Position numbers and translations under genes: made by a program. Below, piece after piece: positions 16,402 through 23,526 of a stretch of 37,294 bases of DNA. Source of the stretch: a virus; the UHGV virus genome UHGV-0366526; one strand, written 5' to 3'. The stretch's first letter is position 1, and every line of letters starts with the position of its first letter. The notes under the pieces are model-generated. The model was not told the DNA's origin. It worked only from the letters and a program-made list of their open reading frames with translations, and did no database searches.

Positions 16402-16995
16402 TTATTTAGGTCTAACTTTGGTTTTACTTGCTATCTTTTCAGAACGTTTGTCATATGCTTTATCAATATATTTTTCAGGATTATTTTTGAAATTTTCCCA
16501 AGAAACAAGAACACAGTATCGTTCCTCTTCAGACCAACCACATCCTGAAGTTTTAGGTATATAGTAGTTGTAACTAAACTCTTTAACAACTGTTGAATCA
16601 TCAATAACTACAGTGTTTATTTCATGGCCCTTTCCGCATGAACAAGTATGTTTACCTTGATAGATTTTGTCTTGCGTAGATGGCAGAACTACACCGAGAA
16701 TTCCATTTTTTGGATTATCTTTACTAGTATAAAGAGACGCTTGTAATTCTCGTTTGATATAATTTTGAATTTCAAAAGGATCATTTTCTGAACTATGGGA
16801 TCCAATCAAATGAATTGTCACTGTTGAGTCAGAAAGATAATCTTCTCTTATTTTCCTCATGATATAATCTTCGTCATCAGAATTTATCGGAATATTTAGA
16901 GATTTATCAACCATATCAATATTTAAATCTTCTTGGATTATCCTTTTAAATTCAGCATCTTCTGTTTTAAAAGAAATAAAGCATTTATGCCCCAT
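16402..16995 (-). CDS. TIR-like domain protein (ThsB / DUF1863-like)
   Basis: 197-aa ORF. N-terminus GHKCFISFKTEDAEF and block STVTIHLIGSHSS...GILGVVLP parallel the ThsB-type TIR-like pattern (VFFSFHYQD ... SVTCVLIGSQT ... KIIGIHI). Strong RBS on the minus strand (GGAGGAGtgacttaaATG). Second gene of a two-gene operon. Confidence 0.65.
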   Translation of the reverse strand: MGHKCFISFKTEDAEFKRIIQEDLNIDMVDKSLNIPINSDDEDYIMRKIREDYLSDSTVTIHLIGSHSSENDPFEIQNYIKRELQASLYTSKDNPKNGILGVVLPSTQDKIYQGKHTCSCGKGHEINTVVIDDSTVVKEFSYNYYIPKTSGCGWSEEERYCVLVSWENFKNNPEKYIDKAYDKRSEKIASKTKVRPK

Positions 16996-17011
16996 TTAAG
17001 TCACTCCTCCA

Positions 17012-17440
17012 TTATTTTTTATTATGTTCTTCATTTTTATTCAAGCTAGCCCAATTAAGATTTTCTTGTGATATAATACTTTCAATTCTTTCAACAAAAT
17101 AACTGAAATTACCATCGGCATATACACCAGATTGGCACAAGTACATGTATTTCTCATGTCTAAGGGTTTCACATACAGTACGATATTCAATCCATAGTTC
17201 ACTAAACTTATTAAAGTTAGATATGCCTTCTGTAATAGTAATAACCACACCTAAACAACTAATTGCTATTTTAAAAATTAGGTTCTGCGAAGTGAAGTTA
17301 GCAACAAAAGGTATTAACGCAGCAACAAGAATAACAATTGTTTTGCAAATAGTATTTCTTCTTTTAGCTTTTTTACTTTTTGTATCATACCATTCTATTT
17401 GCTGATCTACTCGGTCTCTTAAATAGTCTTTTTCATCCAT
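17012..17440 (-). CDS. DUF4231 / SLATT-type two-TM effector-like protein
   Basis: 142-aa ORF. N-terminal YLRDRVDQQIEWYDTKSKKAKRR, then two hydrophobic helices (ICKTIVILVAALIPFVANF and LIFKIAISCLGVVITITEGI), then an 60-aa cytoplasmic tail. RBS AAAAGAGGGGGAGattataATG on the minus strand. Confidence 0.6.
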   Translation of the reverse strand: MDEKDYLRDRVDQQIEWYDTKSKKAKRRNTICKTIVILVAALIPFVANFTSQNLIFKIAISCLGVVITITEGISNFNKFSELWIEYRTVCETLRHEKYMYLCQSGVYADGNFSYFVERIESIISQENLNWASLNKNEEHNKK

Positions 17441-17461
17441 TATAATCTCCCCCTCTTTTAA

Positions 17462-17477
17462 TAGTTTAATTATATCA
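17462..17477 (-). promoter_or_regulatory. Candidate extended -10 promoter (TGnTATAAT) for the SLATT/TIR operon
   Basis: The minus strand reads ...TTTACAAATGATATAATTAAAC... The TATAAT is the complement of plus 17469-17474, with TG at plus 17476-17477. It lies about 30 nt upstream of the ATG at 17440. Confidence 0.35.
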
Positions 17478-17539
17478 TTTGTAAATATATTTTCTAGGTA
17501 TATTTTTTGATTTGATAAATAAGAACATTTTTGCTTTCA

Positions 17540-17613
17540 GGACCATTAGCTCAGCTGGTTAGAGCAAACGGCTCATAACCGTTCGGTCACAGGTTCGAGT
17601 CCTGTATGGTCCA
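17540..17613 (+). tRNA. tRNA-Met (anticodon CAT; elongator-type; tRNA-Ile2(LAU) cannot be excluded)
   Basis: 74-nt cloverleaf. Acceptor GGACCAT/ATGGTCC with discriminator A. D-arm GCTC-AGCTGGTTA-GAGC. Anticodon stem AACGG/CCGTT with loop CTCATAA. T-arm ACAGG-TTCGAGT-CCTGT. G1-C72 is paired, so it is not an initiator. No encoded CCA. Confidence 0.85.
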
Positions 17614-17687
17614 TATATATTTATTTGCAAATAAAATAATAGAGGAGTAGACTTAAAGTATCAAATATTTAAGGAGTGTTATCTATT

Positions 17688-17939
17688 ATGTCAAACTATG
17701 AAGAAAAAGAAGCAAAAGCATTAGTAAAAATTGCGGATGTTTTGAACAAACTGGATTCGAATTTAGAAGAATTAGATTCTCTAAATGAAGATGCAAAAAA
17801 ACATAGTATGAAAAAATGGATTGTTGAGAAAAGAGCCATGCATGAAATTAAAAAGATTGCACATGAAGCTGGTAAGTATGATAAATACGATGAAAAAGAA
17901 TTGCAAAAAGAAATTGAGCATGTAGAACACTATATGTAA
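17688..17939 (+). CDS. Hypothetical charged coiled-coil protein (83 aa)
   Basis: Track start is GTG 17676. ATG 17688 lies 11 nt after AAGGAG. Followed by a bidirectional terminator. Confidence 0.4.
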   Translation: MSNYEEKEAKALVKIADVLNKLDSNLEELDSLNEDAKKHSMKKWIVEKRAMHEIKKIAHEAGKYDKYDEKELQKEIEHVEHYM

Positions 17940-17945
17940 AAATAA

Positions 17946-17976
17946 AAACTATTCCTTTTTTAAGGAATAGTTTTTT
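17946..17976. terminator. Bidirectional intrinsic terminator
   Basis: Stem AAACTATTCCTT(17946-17957)/AAGGAATAGTTT(17962-17973), 12 bp with loop TTTT, flanked by A-run and T-run, between convergent ORFs 17688..17939(+) and 17960..18211(-). Confidence 0.55.
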
Positions 17977-18211
17977 GTATTTTCCGCACACACATTTTCA
18001 CCACAACTAGTTGCCTTTTTTGATTATACCTACCATAAACAGCAAGCTCTGTGCCATCAGGTAACATGAGTAATTCATCCGCCAATTCTTTTTTAGAAAT
18101 AATGCAGTTGATAGTCTCTTTTTGAGTTTGCAAAGAAAAGCGGACTAACATTTCTGGATAAGTAGTTAATACCTTAATTTTATGAATTGTTCCTACATAA
18201 TTTGGTTTCAT
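17960..18211 (-). CDS. Hypothetical protein (83 aa)
   Basis: Track start is TTG 18220. ATG (plus 18209-18211) lies 9 nt after AAGGAG on the minus strand. Confidence 0.4.
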   Translation of the reverse strand: MKPNYVGTIHKIKVLTTYPEMLVRFSLQTQKETINCIISKKELADELLMLPDGTELAVYGRYNQKRQLVVVKMCVRKIQKTIP

Positions 18212-18280
18212 AGAAATCAACTCCTTGCTAGTAGTTAACTATATTATAGTAAGATTATTTTTATTCGTCTAGGTATGAAA

Positions 18281-18518
18281 TGACCATACTTTGACCATAC
18301 TCTTTAAGAAAATATAAAAACTATCAGAAGATAGAATTTAATACAAACGCCTATTTTATAAGTGTTGAAGAAAGTTAGAAGTTATTAGAAAAAATAAATC
18401 TTAAAGTATCAGTTTATCCAGTAGCTAACTAGTGTAATAGCTCAAGCCTTTGTTTATCAAAGGTTTGGGCTTTTTTTTGTTGGTTTGAAAAATATTTGAC
18501 CATACTTTTGACCATACT
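18281..18518. repeat. Two pairs of tandem TGACCATACT decamers (candidate integrase arm sites / attP region)
   Basis: TGACCATACTtTGACCATACT at 18281-18301 and TGACCATACTttTGACCATACT at 18497-18518, about 200 bp apart. The second pair abuts the integrase stop (18521). The AT-rich interval contains a stem-loop plus T8 at 18447-18478. Confidence 0.5.
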
Positions 18519-18520
18519 AG

Positions 18521-19675
18521 TTAAAAGCCGATGTATTTCGATAGTTTTTCGGTAGTTTTTTCTTTTCCATCATTTGTTAGATGTGTATAAGTATCTAAAG
18601 TTGTTTTTATGTTTGCATGTCCTAATCGTTCCTGAACTTCTTTATGATCTGCCCCAGCATAATATAATAAAGATGCATGCGTGTGTCTAAATCCGTGAAG
18701 CCCAATGTTTGGTAAGTTAGCCTTTTTACGATAAATATTATATCTATCTGTAATAGCTTGATTTATTGTAAATTCATTTTCTTCATTGGTGAAAATATGT
18801 GAGGGTTGTGTATAACCAAGTTTAAGAAGATATTTTTTTTGCTCTAATTTCCATTTTTTTAAGATAGTTATTGTTTTTGCATCTAATATTAGTGTTCTGT
18901 TTGATTTTTTTGTTTTTGGAGTATTTGATACATAATAATGGTCAGATTTAGCAATTGTTTTGTTGATTTGTAGTTCACCAGTTTTAATGTTTAAATCGTC
19001 CCAAGTAAGAGCTAACAACTCCCCTATCCTACATCCACTAAAAGCTAATAATCTGAATAATGTATAATCTCTTATTGTAATGTAGGTACTTTCGCTTTGT
19101 TCAATACTTTTTAAAAATATTTGAAGTTGATCTTTTGTATAAAATTTAATTTTCTTTTCTGATGTAATAATATCTTGATTTTTAGGAACTATTACATTAA
19201 TCACTGGGTTTTGATTGGTAACCCCTATGTTAATAGCGAATTTGAAGACTTGATTCATATAATTTATAAAAAGGGGATATTGTTTTGAACTACCTTTTGA
19301 ATGCCATGTATTCACGATTTTCTGACAATAAGCAGTTGAAATTTTTGATATTTCAATTTTTCCAAATGAAGGTAGTATGTGTTTTCTGAAAATTATTTCT
19401 GTTCGAGAGTAGCTACTTTCTTTTACGGTATTTTTATAATTTTCTAGCCACATAAATGCTACTTCTTGGAATGTTATATTAGTAGAAGAGGGAATACCAT
19501 TTTTTTGAATTTCCATTTCTAACCTTGCTAATGCAATTTTAGCCTCTTTTTGAGTGCGAAATCCTCTTTTAGTTGTATACTTCTTTTTTCCAGTTAGCGG
19601 ATCGGTACCAAGATATATTTTGAAGTACCATGCTTTTTCACCATTTTTCTTTTGATATTGTTTTATCATTGCCAT
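18521..19675 (-). CDS. int: Tyrosine site-specific integrase
   Basis: 384-aa ORF. The C-terminal catalytic region HGFRHTHASLLYYAGADHKEVQERLGHANIKTTLDTYTHL fits the R...HxxR...Y motif. N-terminal SAM-like/arm-binding domain. Confidence 0.9.
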   Translation of the reverse strand: MAMIKQYQKKNGEKAWYFKIYLGTDPLTGKKKYTTKRGFRTQKEAKIALARLEMEIQKNGIPSSTNITFQEVAFMWLENYKNTVKESSYSRTEIIFRKHILPSFGKIEISKISTAYCQKIVNTWHSKGSSKQYPLFINYMNQVFKFAINIGVTNQNPVINVIVPKNQDIITSEKKIKFYTKDQLQIFLKSIEQSESTYITIRDYTLFRLLAFSGCRIGELLALTWDDLNIKTGELQINKTIAKSDHYYVSNTPKTKKSNRTLILDAKTITILKKWKLEQKKYLLKLGYTQPSHIFTNEENEFTINQAITDRYNIYRKKANLPNIGLHGFRHTHASLLYYAGADHKEVQERLGHANIKTTLDTYTHLTNDGKEKTTEKLSKYIGF

Positions 19676-19743
19676 TTACAAAACCTCTTTTCGAGAACGT
19701 GTGTTTGTTTTTTGTTTTTTAAGAAAAGCCCGGAGGCTAGTCT

Positions 19744-20313
19744 TTATATTTTTTCCATTGTTCCGTTATTCATATCCCATTGAGCATGAACAGAATTAAG
19801 ATTTGCACCAGCAGAACTCATTATTCCAGTGAATTTTACCTTATCACCAGTTTTAAAATCTTTTGTATTATTTAGATCTTTTACAAATATTACATAAGAA
19901 GCTAAAGGGCTAGAAGAAATTGAATTAGTCCATGTTTCATTAGAAAATTTATTATTAGCAATAACGGCAACTCTTTTGCCCATAGGTTCAATTACGGTAC
20001 CTGTGAATGTAAAAGATTTTCCTTTAATTAATTCTGAAAATACTTTCGATTGGTCTGTAGTTGGAGTAATTGAATAATACTGATCCACAAAGCTTTCAAA
20101 ATCTTGTGGATTTGTTTGAAGGTACTCCTGGAATTTTGTAATATTGGTATTATTAATATTCGAGCTACTAGTATGTTTTTCTTTTATAGTTGCTTCTTTT
20201 TTTACAGAACTTATTTTAGTAGATGAGCTACTAGAATTTTTTTCCTCTTCTTTGTTTCCAGAACATGCAGTAAGAAGTAATAATGATAAAAATACTAAAG
20301 AAACTTTTTTCAT
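19744..20313 (-). CDS. Surface lipoprotein (candidate superinfection-exclusion protein)
   Basis: MKKVSLVFLSLLLLTAC-SGN has a signal peptide with an LLTAC lipobox, followed by an S/N-rich linker. It is a separate transcription unit between int and the ImmA/cI genes. Confidence 0.65.
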   Translation of the reverse strand: MKKVSLVFLSLLLLTACSGNKEEEKNSSSSSTKISSVKKEATIKEKHTSSSNINNTNITKFQEYLQTNPQDFESFVDQYYSITPTTDQSKVFSELIKGKSFTFTGTVIEPMGKRVAVIANNKFSNETWTNSISSSPLASYVIFVKDLNNTKDFKTGDKVKFTGIMSSAGANLNSVHAQWDMNNGTMEKI

Positions 20314-20349
20314 TTAATAATTCCTCATTTCTAAAAAATATTTATATAA

Positions 20350-20385
20350 AAACCACCTAGCCAAATTGGTCAGGTGGTTCTTTTC
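20350..20385. terminator. Bidirectional terminator between lipoprotein gene and ImmA/cI operon
   Basis: Stem AACCACCT(20350-20357)/AGGTGGTT(20371-20378) with a 13-nt loop. A-rich upstream and CTTTTCT downstream. Confidence 0.45.
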
Positions 20386-20493
20386 TAATTTATGAAACCA
20401 CTTTTCCAACGACTCTAAATTCGTGTTTATGTGTTAGTTTAAACAATAGGTTTGTTGTCTGAATATGGAAGATATTTTTATTATTAAATCAAA

Positions 20494-20925
20494 TTACAAA
20501 TACCTTCTTAGTTCAGGAGGCAAACCTAGATAATCCATTATTTGAAATTCAGTTAAATTTTCTAAAACATCTTGGTCTTGCATATATATGAGCAACTTCA
20601 TAGCTAAAGAATTTGCTTCACATTCCATTTTTGATATAAAAGAATCTAATCCAAGAGATCTATAAAAAGGTGTACTGGAACTGCTGTGTAATTTGATGTG
20701 ACTAAATTCATGTAGTATCACAAATTGTTGATAATATTCAGACCAGTTTGCATTTACAATAATTGTATGGCAACGATTATTTGTTTGAGTACAACCTCCT
20801 GTTTCATCATCTAAATCAGCATATAGTAATTTGCAATTCGCTTCTTTTATTAATTGATAAACGCTGTGCGGATGATATAAATTAATTATTTTGTTAAATG
20901 TTTCTTCTACATAATAATTCATCAT
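20494..20925 (-). CDS. ImmA/IrrE-family zinc metalloprotease (repressor-cleaving anti-repressor protease type)
   Basis: HExxH motif in ILHEFSHIKLH. Encoded immediately downstream of and co-oriented with the XRE repressor gene. Confidence 0.7.
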   Translation of the reverse strand: MMNYYVEETFNKIINLYHPHSVYQLIKEANCKLLYADLDDETGGCTQTNNRCHTIIVNANWSEYYQQFVILHEFSHIKLHSSSSTPFYRSLGLDSFISKMECEANSLAMKLLIYMQDQDVLENLTEFQIMDYLGLPPELRRYL

Positions 20926-20939
20926 ATCCCCCCGCTAAA

Positions 20940-21353
20940 TCAATTTCTATAATCCTTGCGAGTGAATTTTTTCTTTGCTTCTTCTTTATTCATTTCCATT
21001 GCAGTACGTATAGCAATTAAAAGACGGTCTTTCTGATCTTGTGTAGCTGGTTCACCATAGAAATTGAGATTTTCACCGTTAGTTAGTCCCTCAATTAATT
21101 CTTCAGCTTGGATAGCTATATCTTTTTTTTCTTTGTCATTTAGTTCGTAATATTTTTTCTTTTCGGTACGACCTAGCAAGTAGTCGGTTGAGACATCAAA
21201 AAAATCTGCAACTTTTTGTAATTTTTTTATTCCTGGTGGTTGTTTGTCCCATTTTCGAATACTGCTTTGGCTGAAATCAAGTTTTCTCTCTAATTCTGTT
21301 AAAGTCATTTTCTTTTGTGAAGCTAGCATCTTTATTCTATCTACAATACTCAA
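20940..21353 (-). CDS. XRE-family HTH repressor (cI-like)
   Basis: N-terminal HTH KKMTLTELERKLDFSQSSIRKWDKQ. TTG start with SD GAGGTG 7 nt upstream. Divergent from the cro-like gene. Confidence 0.8.
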   Translation of the reverse strand: MSIVDRIKMLASQKKMTLTELERKLDFSQSSIRKWDKQPPGIKKLQKVADFFDVSTDYLLGRTEKKKYYELNDKEKKDIAIQAEELIEGLTNGENLNFYGEPATQDQKDRLLIAIRTAMEMNKEEAKKKFTRKDYRN

Positions 21354-21396
21354 ATTAATTCACCTCAAAAAAACCTAACAAAAATCGGAATTTATT

Positions 21397-21425
21397 CTTG
21401 ACAATCGGAATAAATTACTTTATGA
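21397..21425 (+). promoter_or_regulatory. Rightward early promoter (TTGACA-17-TATGAT) flanked by ATCGGAAT operator half-sites
   Basis: TTGACA at 21397-21402, 17-nt spacer, TATGAT at 21420-21425. AATCGGAATTTATTC at 21382-21396 and AATCGGAATAAATTAC at 21402-21417. Confidence 0.5.
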
Positions 21426-21537
21426 TGTGTTTGTAGGTAAGATATTTAAAGTATACAGAAAATTAAAGCAATATTTAAACAGTCTCCCCAGACGTTAATA
21501 AAGCTTGTTTTTTGTGTACTGTATTACTTATGTCTAC

Positions 21538-21566
21538 ATTATGGAATATATTCCGATGTTTGTCAA
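21538..21566 (-). promoter_or_regulatory. Leftward promoter for cI-like gene (TTGACA-17-CATAAT on minus strand) overlapping palindromic operator GGAATATATTCC
   Basis: -35 is the complement of plus 21561-21566. -10 is the complement of 21538-21543. The 12-bp perfect palindrome GGAATATATTCC at 21544-21555 lies in the spacer. Confidence 0.45.
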
Positions 21567-21618
21567 TAGGTCGGAATAATAAAAATGAATAAATTACTAT
21601 CGGAAGAAGGTGTTACTT

Positions 21619-21819
21619 ATGATTTATGAAAAAATTAAAAAGCTTGCTATTAGTAACCACGTTTCAATCAATCAAATTGAAAAAGATTTAGGATTCAGCT
21701 CTTCAACGATTTCCAAGTGGAATAACTCTAATCCAACATCTATTAAATTGAAACAAGTTGCTGACTATTTTGGAGTATCAATGGAGTATCTACTAGAAAG
21801 CGAAAAACAGGAGGTGTAA
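21619..21819 (+). CDS. Cro-like XRE-family HTH protein
   Basis: 66-aa product (track start GTG 21610; ATG at 21619). HTH VSINQIEKDLGFSSSTISKWNN. Confidence 0.7.
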   Translation: MIYEKIKKLAISNHVSINQIEKDLGFSSSTISKWNNSNPTSIKLKQVADYFGVSMEYLLESEKQEV

Positions 21820-21822
21820 CTT

Positions 21823-22107
21823 ATGCAGCTAAACATTCCTGATGAAATTGTTCAAAACGAATTAGCAAATAATATTACTTTCATAGTATTAAAAGAAATT
21901 GAAAATCGTTTGAATTTATTAACTAAAACCATTGAATTACCGCCATATCCTAACAAATCGCAAATAAGAAAGATTTTAGAGATTGGCGATGAAAAATTGA
22001 ATAATTGGATTTCAAAAGGTTTAAAAATTCAACAATGGAGTAATCAGGATATTCGGATTGAACGATCTGAATTACAAAGATTTCTAAAAGAAACTTTTGA
22101 AATTTAA
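21823..22107 (+). CDS. Hypothetical protein (possible excisionase/DNA-binding; unverified)
   Basis: 94-aa ORF coupled to cro (AGGAGGTGtaacttATG). Confidence 0.35.
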   Translation: MQLNIPDEIVQNELANNITFIVLKEIENRLNLLTKTIELPPYPNKSQIRKILEIGDEKLNNWISKGLKIQQWSNQDIRIERSELQRFLKETFEI

Positions 22108-22120
22108 AGGAGGAAAGAAG

Positions 22121-22843
22121 ATGGAGAATCTAGTAATTATGAAAAAACAACAAGCAGTAACAACTAGTTTGCAAGTTGCTGAAACATTTAATAAAAACCA
22201 TCGCGATGTTTTAGCAGCGATTGATGATTTAAAAGAGGGGGTTGCGGAAAATTACGCAGACCTATTTTACGAAGATAGCTATATTCATCCACAAAACAAA
22301 CAAAAATATAGACAAATTATTATGAACCGTGACGGATTCACACTACTAGCAATGGGATTCACTGGTCAAAAATCTCTTAAGTTTAAACTGAAATACATTG
22401 AAGCTTTTAACCAAATGGAAGAATTGCTTAAAACTCAATCAAACTTACCGATGAATAACACAGAATTATTATTAGAAGCTGCGCTAAAGCATGAACGTGG
22501 ATTGACTCTTGTAAATCAACGTTTAGATAAGCTAGAAACAGAAACTACAATTAATAGAAGCCAACAACGAAAGATACAAGGGCTAGTTTCATCAACTGTT
22601 ATCAAAGTATTAGGTGGCAAAAAAACATTGGCTTATCAGGATTCAAGTATTAAGCAATCAGCCTTTAGTAATTGCTATAAACAATTGAAAGCATTATTCG
22701 ATGTAGCCTCTTATGTAGATATTCCAAAAGTTCGATATGAAGAAGCATTAGCTCTAATTCCTAAATGGAAGCCTGAATTGGAATTACAAGCAAGAATTGA
22801 TATGGCTAATGGGAATGGAGATATGTTTAAAAAAATAGGCTAG
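22121..22843 (+). CDS. Rha-family phage regulatory protein / antirepressor
   Basis: ATG 22121 lies after AGGAGG (track start 22097). The N-terminus ENLVIMKKQQAVTTSLQVAETFNKNHRDVLAAIDDL is the characteristic Rha N-domain. Confidence 0.7.
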   Translation: MENLVIMKKQQAVTTSLQVAETFNKNHRDVLAAIDDLKEGVAENYADLFYEDSYIHPQNKQKYRQIIMNRDGFTLLAMGFTGQKSLKFKLKYIEAFNQMEELLKTQSNLPMNNTELLLEAALKHERGLTLVNQRLDKLETETTINRSQQRKIQGLVSSTVIKVLGGKKTLAYQDSSIKQSAFSNCYKQLKALFDVASYVDIPKVRYEEALALIPKWKPELELQARIDMANGNGDMFKKIG

Positions 22844-22868
22844 TAATGATAAAAGGATAAGCCTTAAC

Positions 22869-23057
22869 TTATCCCCAGTTAAAAGTAGTGTCAACAATAA
22901 TAGCTTTTTGATCCATATCACTTTTGATGGATTCAATAATTTCTAAAACAGAAGATTTATAGTAATAAGTCTTACTTGATGCGATTACTTCATTTTCTTC
23001 GGTTTTAATTACAAAATAGTATTTTTTATTAGAAGCTTTCTTTATTACAAAAAACAT
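22869..23057 (-). CDS. DUF1508 / YegP-like protein
   Basis: 62-aa ORF KKYYFVIKTEENEVIASSKTYYYKSSVLEIIESIK, the UPF0339 repeat pattern. It is opposite-strand to the early operon and has its own extended -10 (TGaTATAAT, complement of 23081-23089) and a terminator hairpin GGATAAG/CTTATCC at 22846-22867. Confidence 0.55.
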   Translation of the reverse strand: MFFVIKKASNKKYYFVIKTEENEVIASSKTYYYKSSVLEIIESIKSDMDQKAIIVDTTFNWG

Positions 23058-23111
23058 TTTGACACCCCACTTTCAACTGAATTATATCAAAAAAATTATA
23101 GGAGGGTAAAT

Positions 23112-23306
23112 ATGAAAGCAATACGTGAAGCACGATTGATAGGCGCATTTTTAGTGATGATTGCGCTAGGTGTGTTATTGAAAAATCACTTTTCAATGCC
23201 AATACTAGCAACGCTAAGTTCACCTTTCTTTATCCATTGGTTTTTTAACTGGGATGAAGCGAAGTATCAATACTCTAAAAAAGGAGGCGATAAAAAATGT
23301 ATGTAG
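23112..23306 (+). CDS. Small membrane protein
   Basis: RBS GGAGGgtaaatATG. Two hydrophobic segments. Upstream TTGACA at 23059-23064. Confidence 0.4.
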   Translation: MKAIREARLIGAFLVMIALGVLLKNHFSMPILATLSSPFFIHWFFNWDEAKYQYSKKGGDKKCM

Positions 23307-23482
23307 CTGTAGGTGAAGCTAGTAGAGAAACATATGTGATTGGAGAAACACAAGCGGAAGTCATGCGAAAGTTGTTTGAAGAATATCCGTATGTTTCAGC
23401 TGATAAAAATGTTTATCCAGAGAGATTAAGCATAGTAGAAAAAGAGCCCCGAACGTCTGCAAACGAACAGGGCAAATATTGA
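23297..23482 (+). CDS. Hypothetical protein
   Basis: RBS AAGGAGGcgataaaaaATG. 61 aa. Confidence 0.35.
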   Translation: MYVAVGEASRETYVIGETQAEVMRKLFEEYPYVSADKNVYPERLSIVEKEPRTSANEQGKY

Positions 23483-23526
23483 ACCAAAAAATTAAAAAAA
23501 TGACTAACTAAGGAGAGTATACCAAA

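Noticed and set aside
17041-17405. Small ORFs 17041..17250(-) and 17145..17405(+) within the SLATT gene
   Set aside because: They are nested alternative frames of an AT-rich coding region and have no RBS.
17540-17613. Initiator tRNA-fMet identity
   Set aside because: G1 pairs with C72 and the anticodon stem lacks the three consecutive G-C pairs of initiators, so an elongator Met or Ile2 type is favoured.
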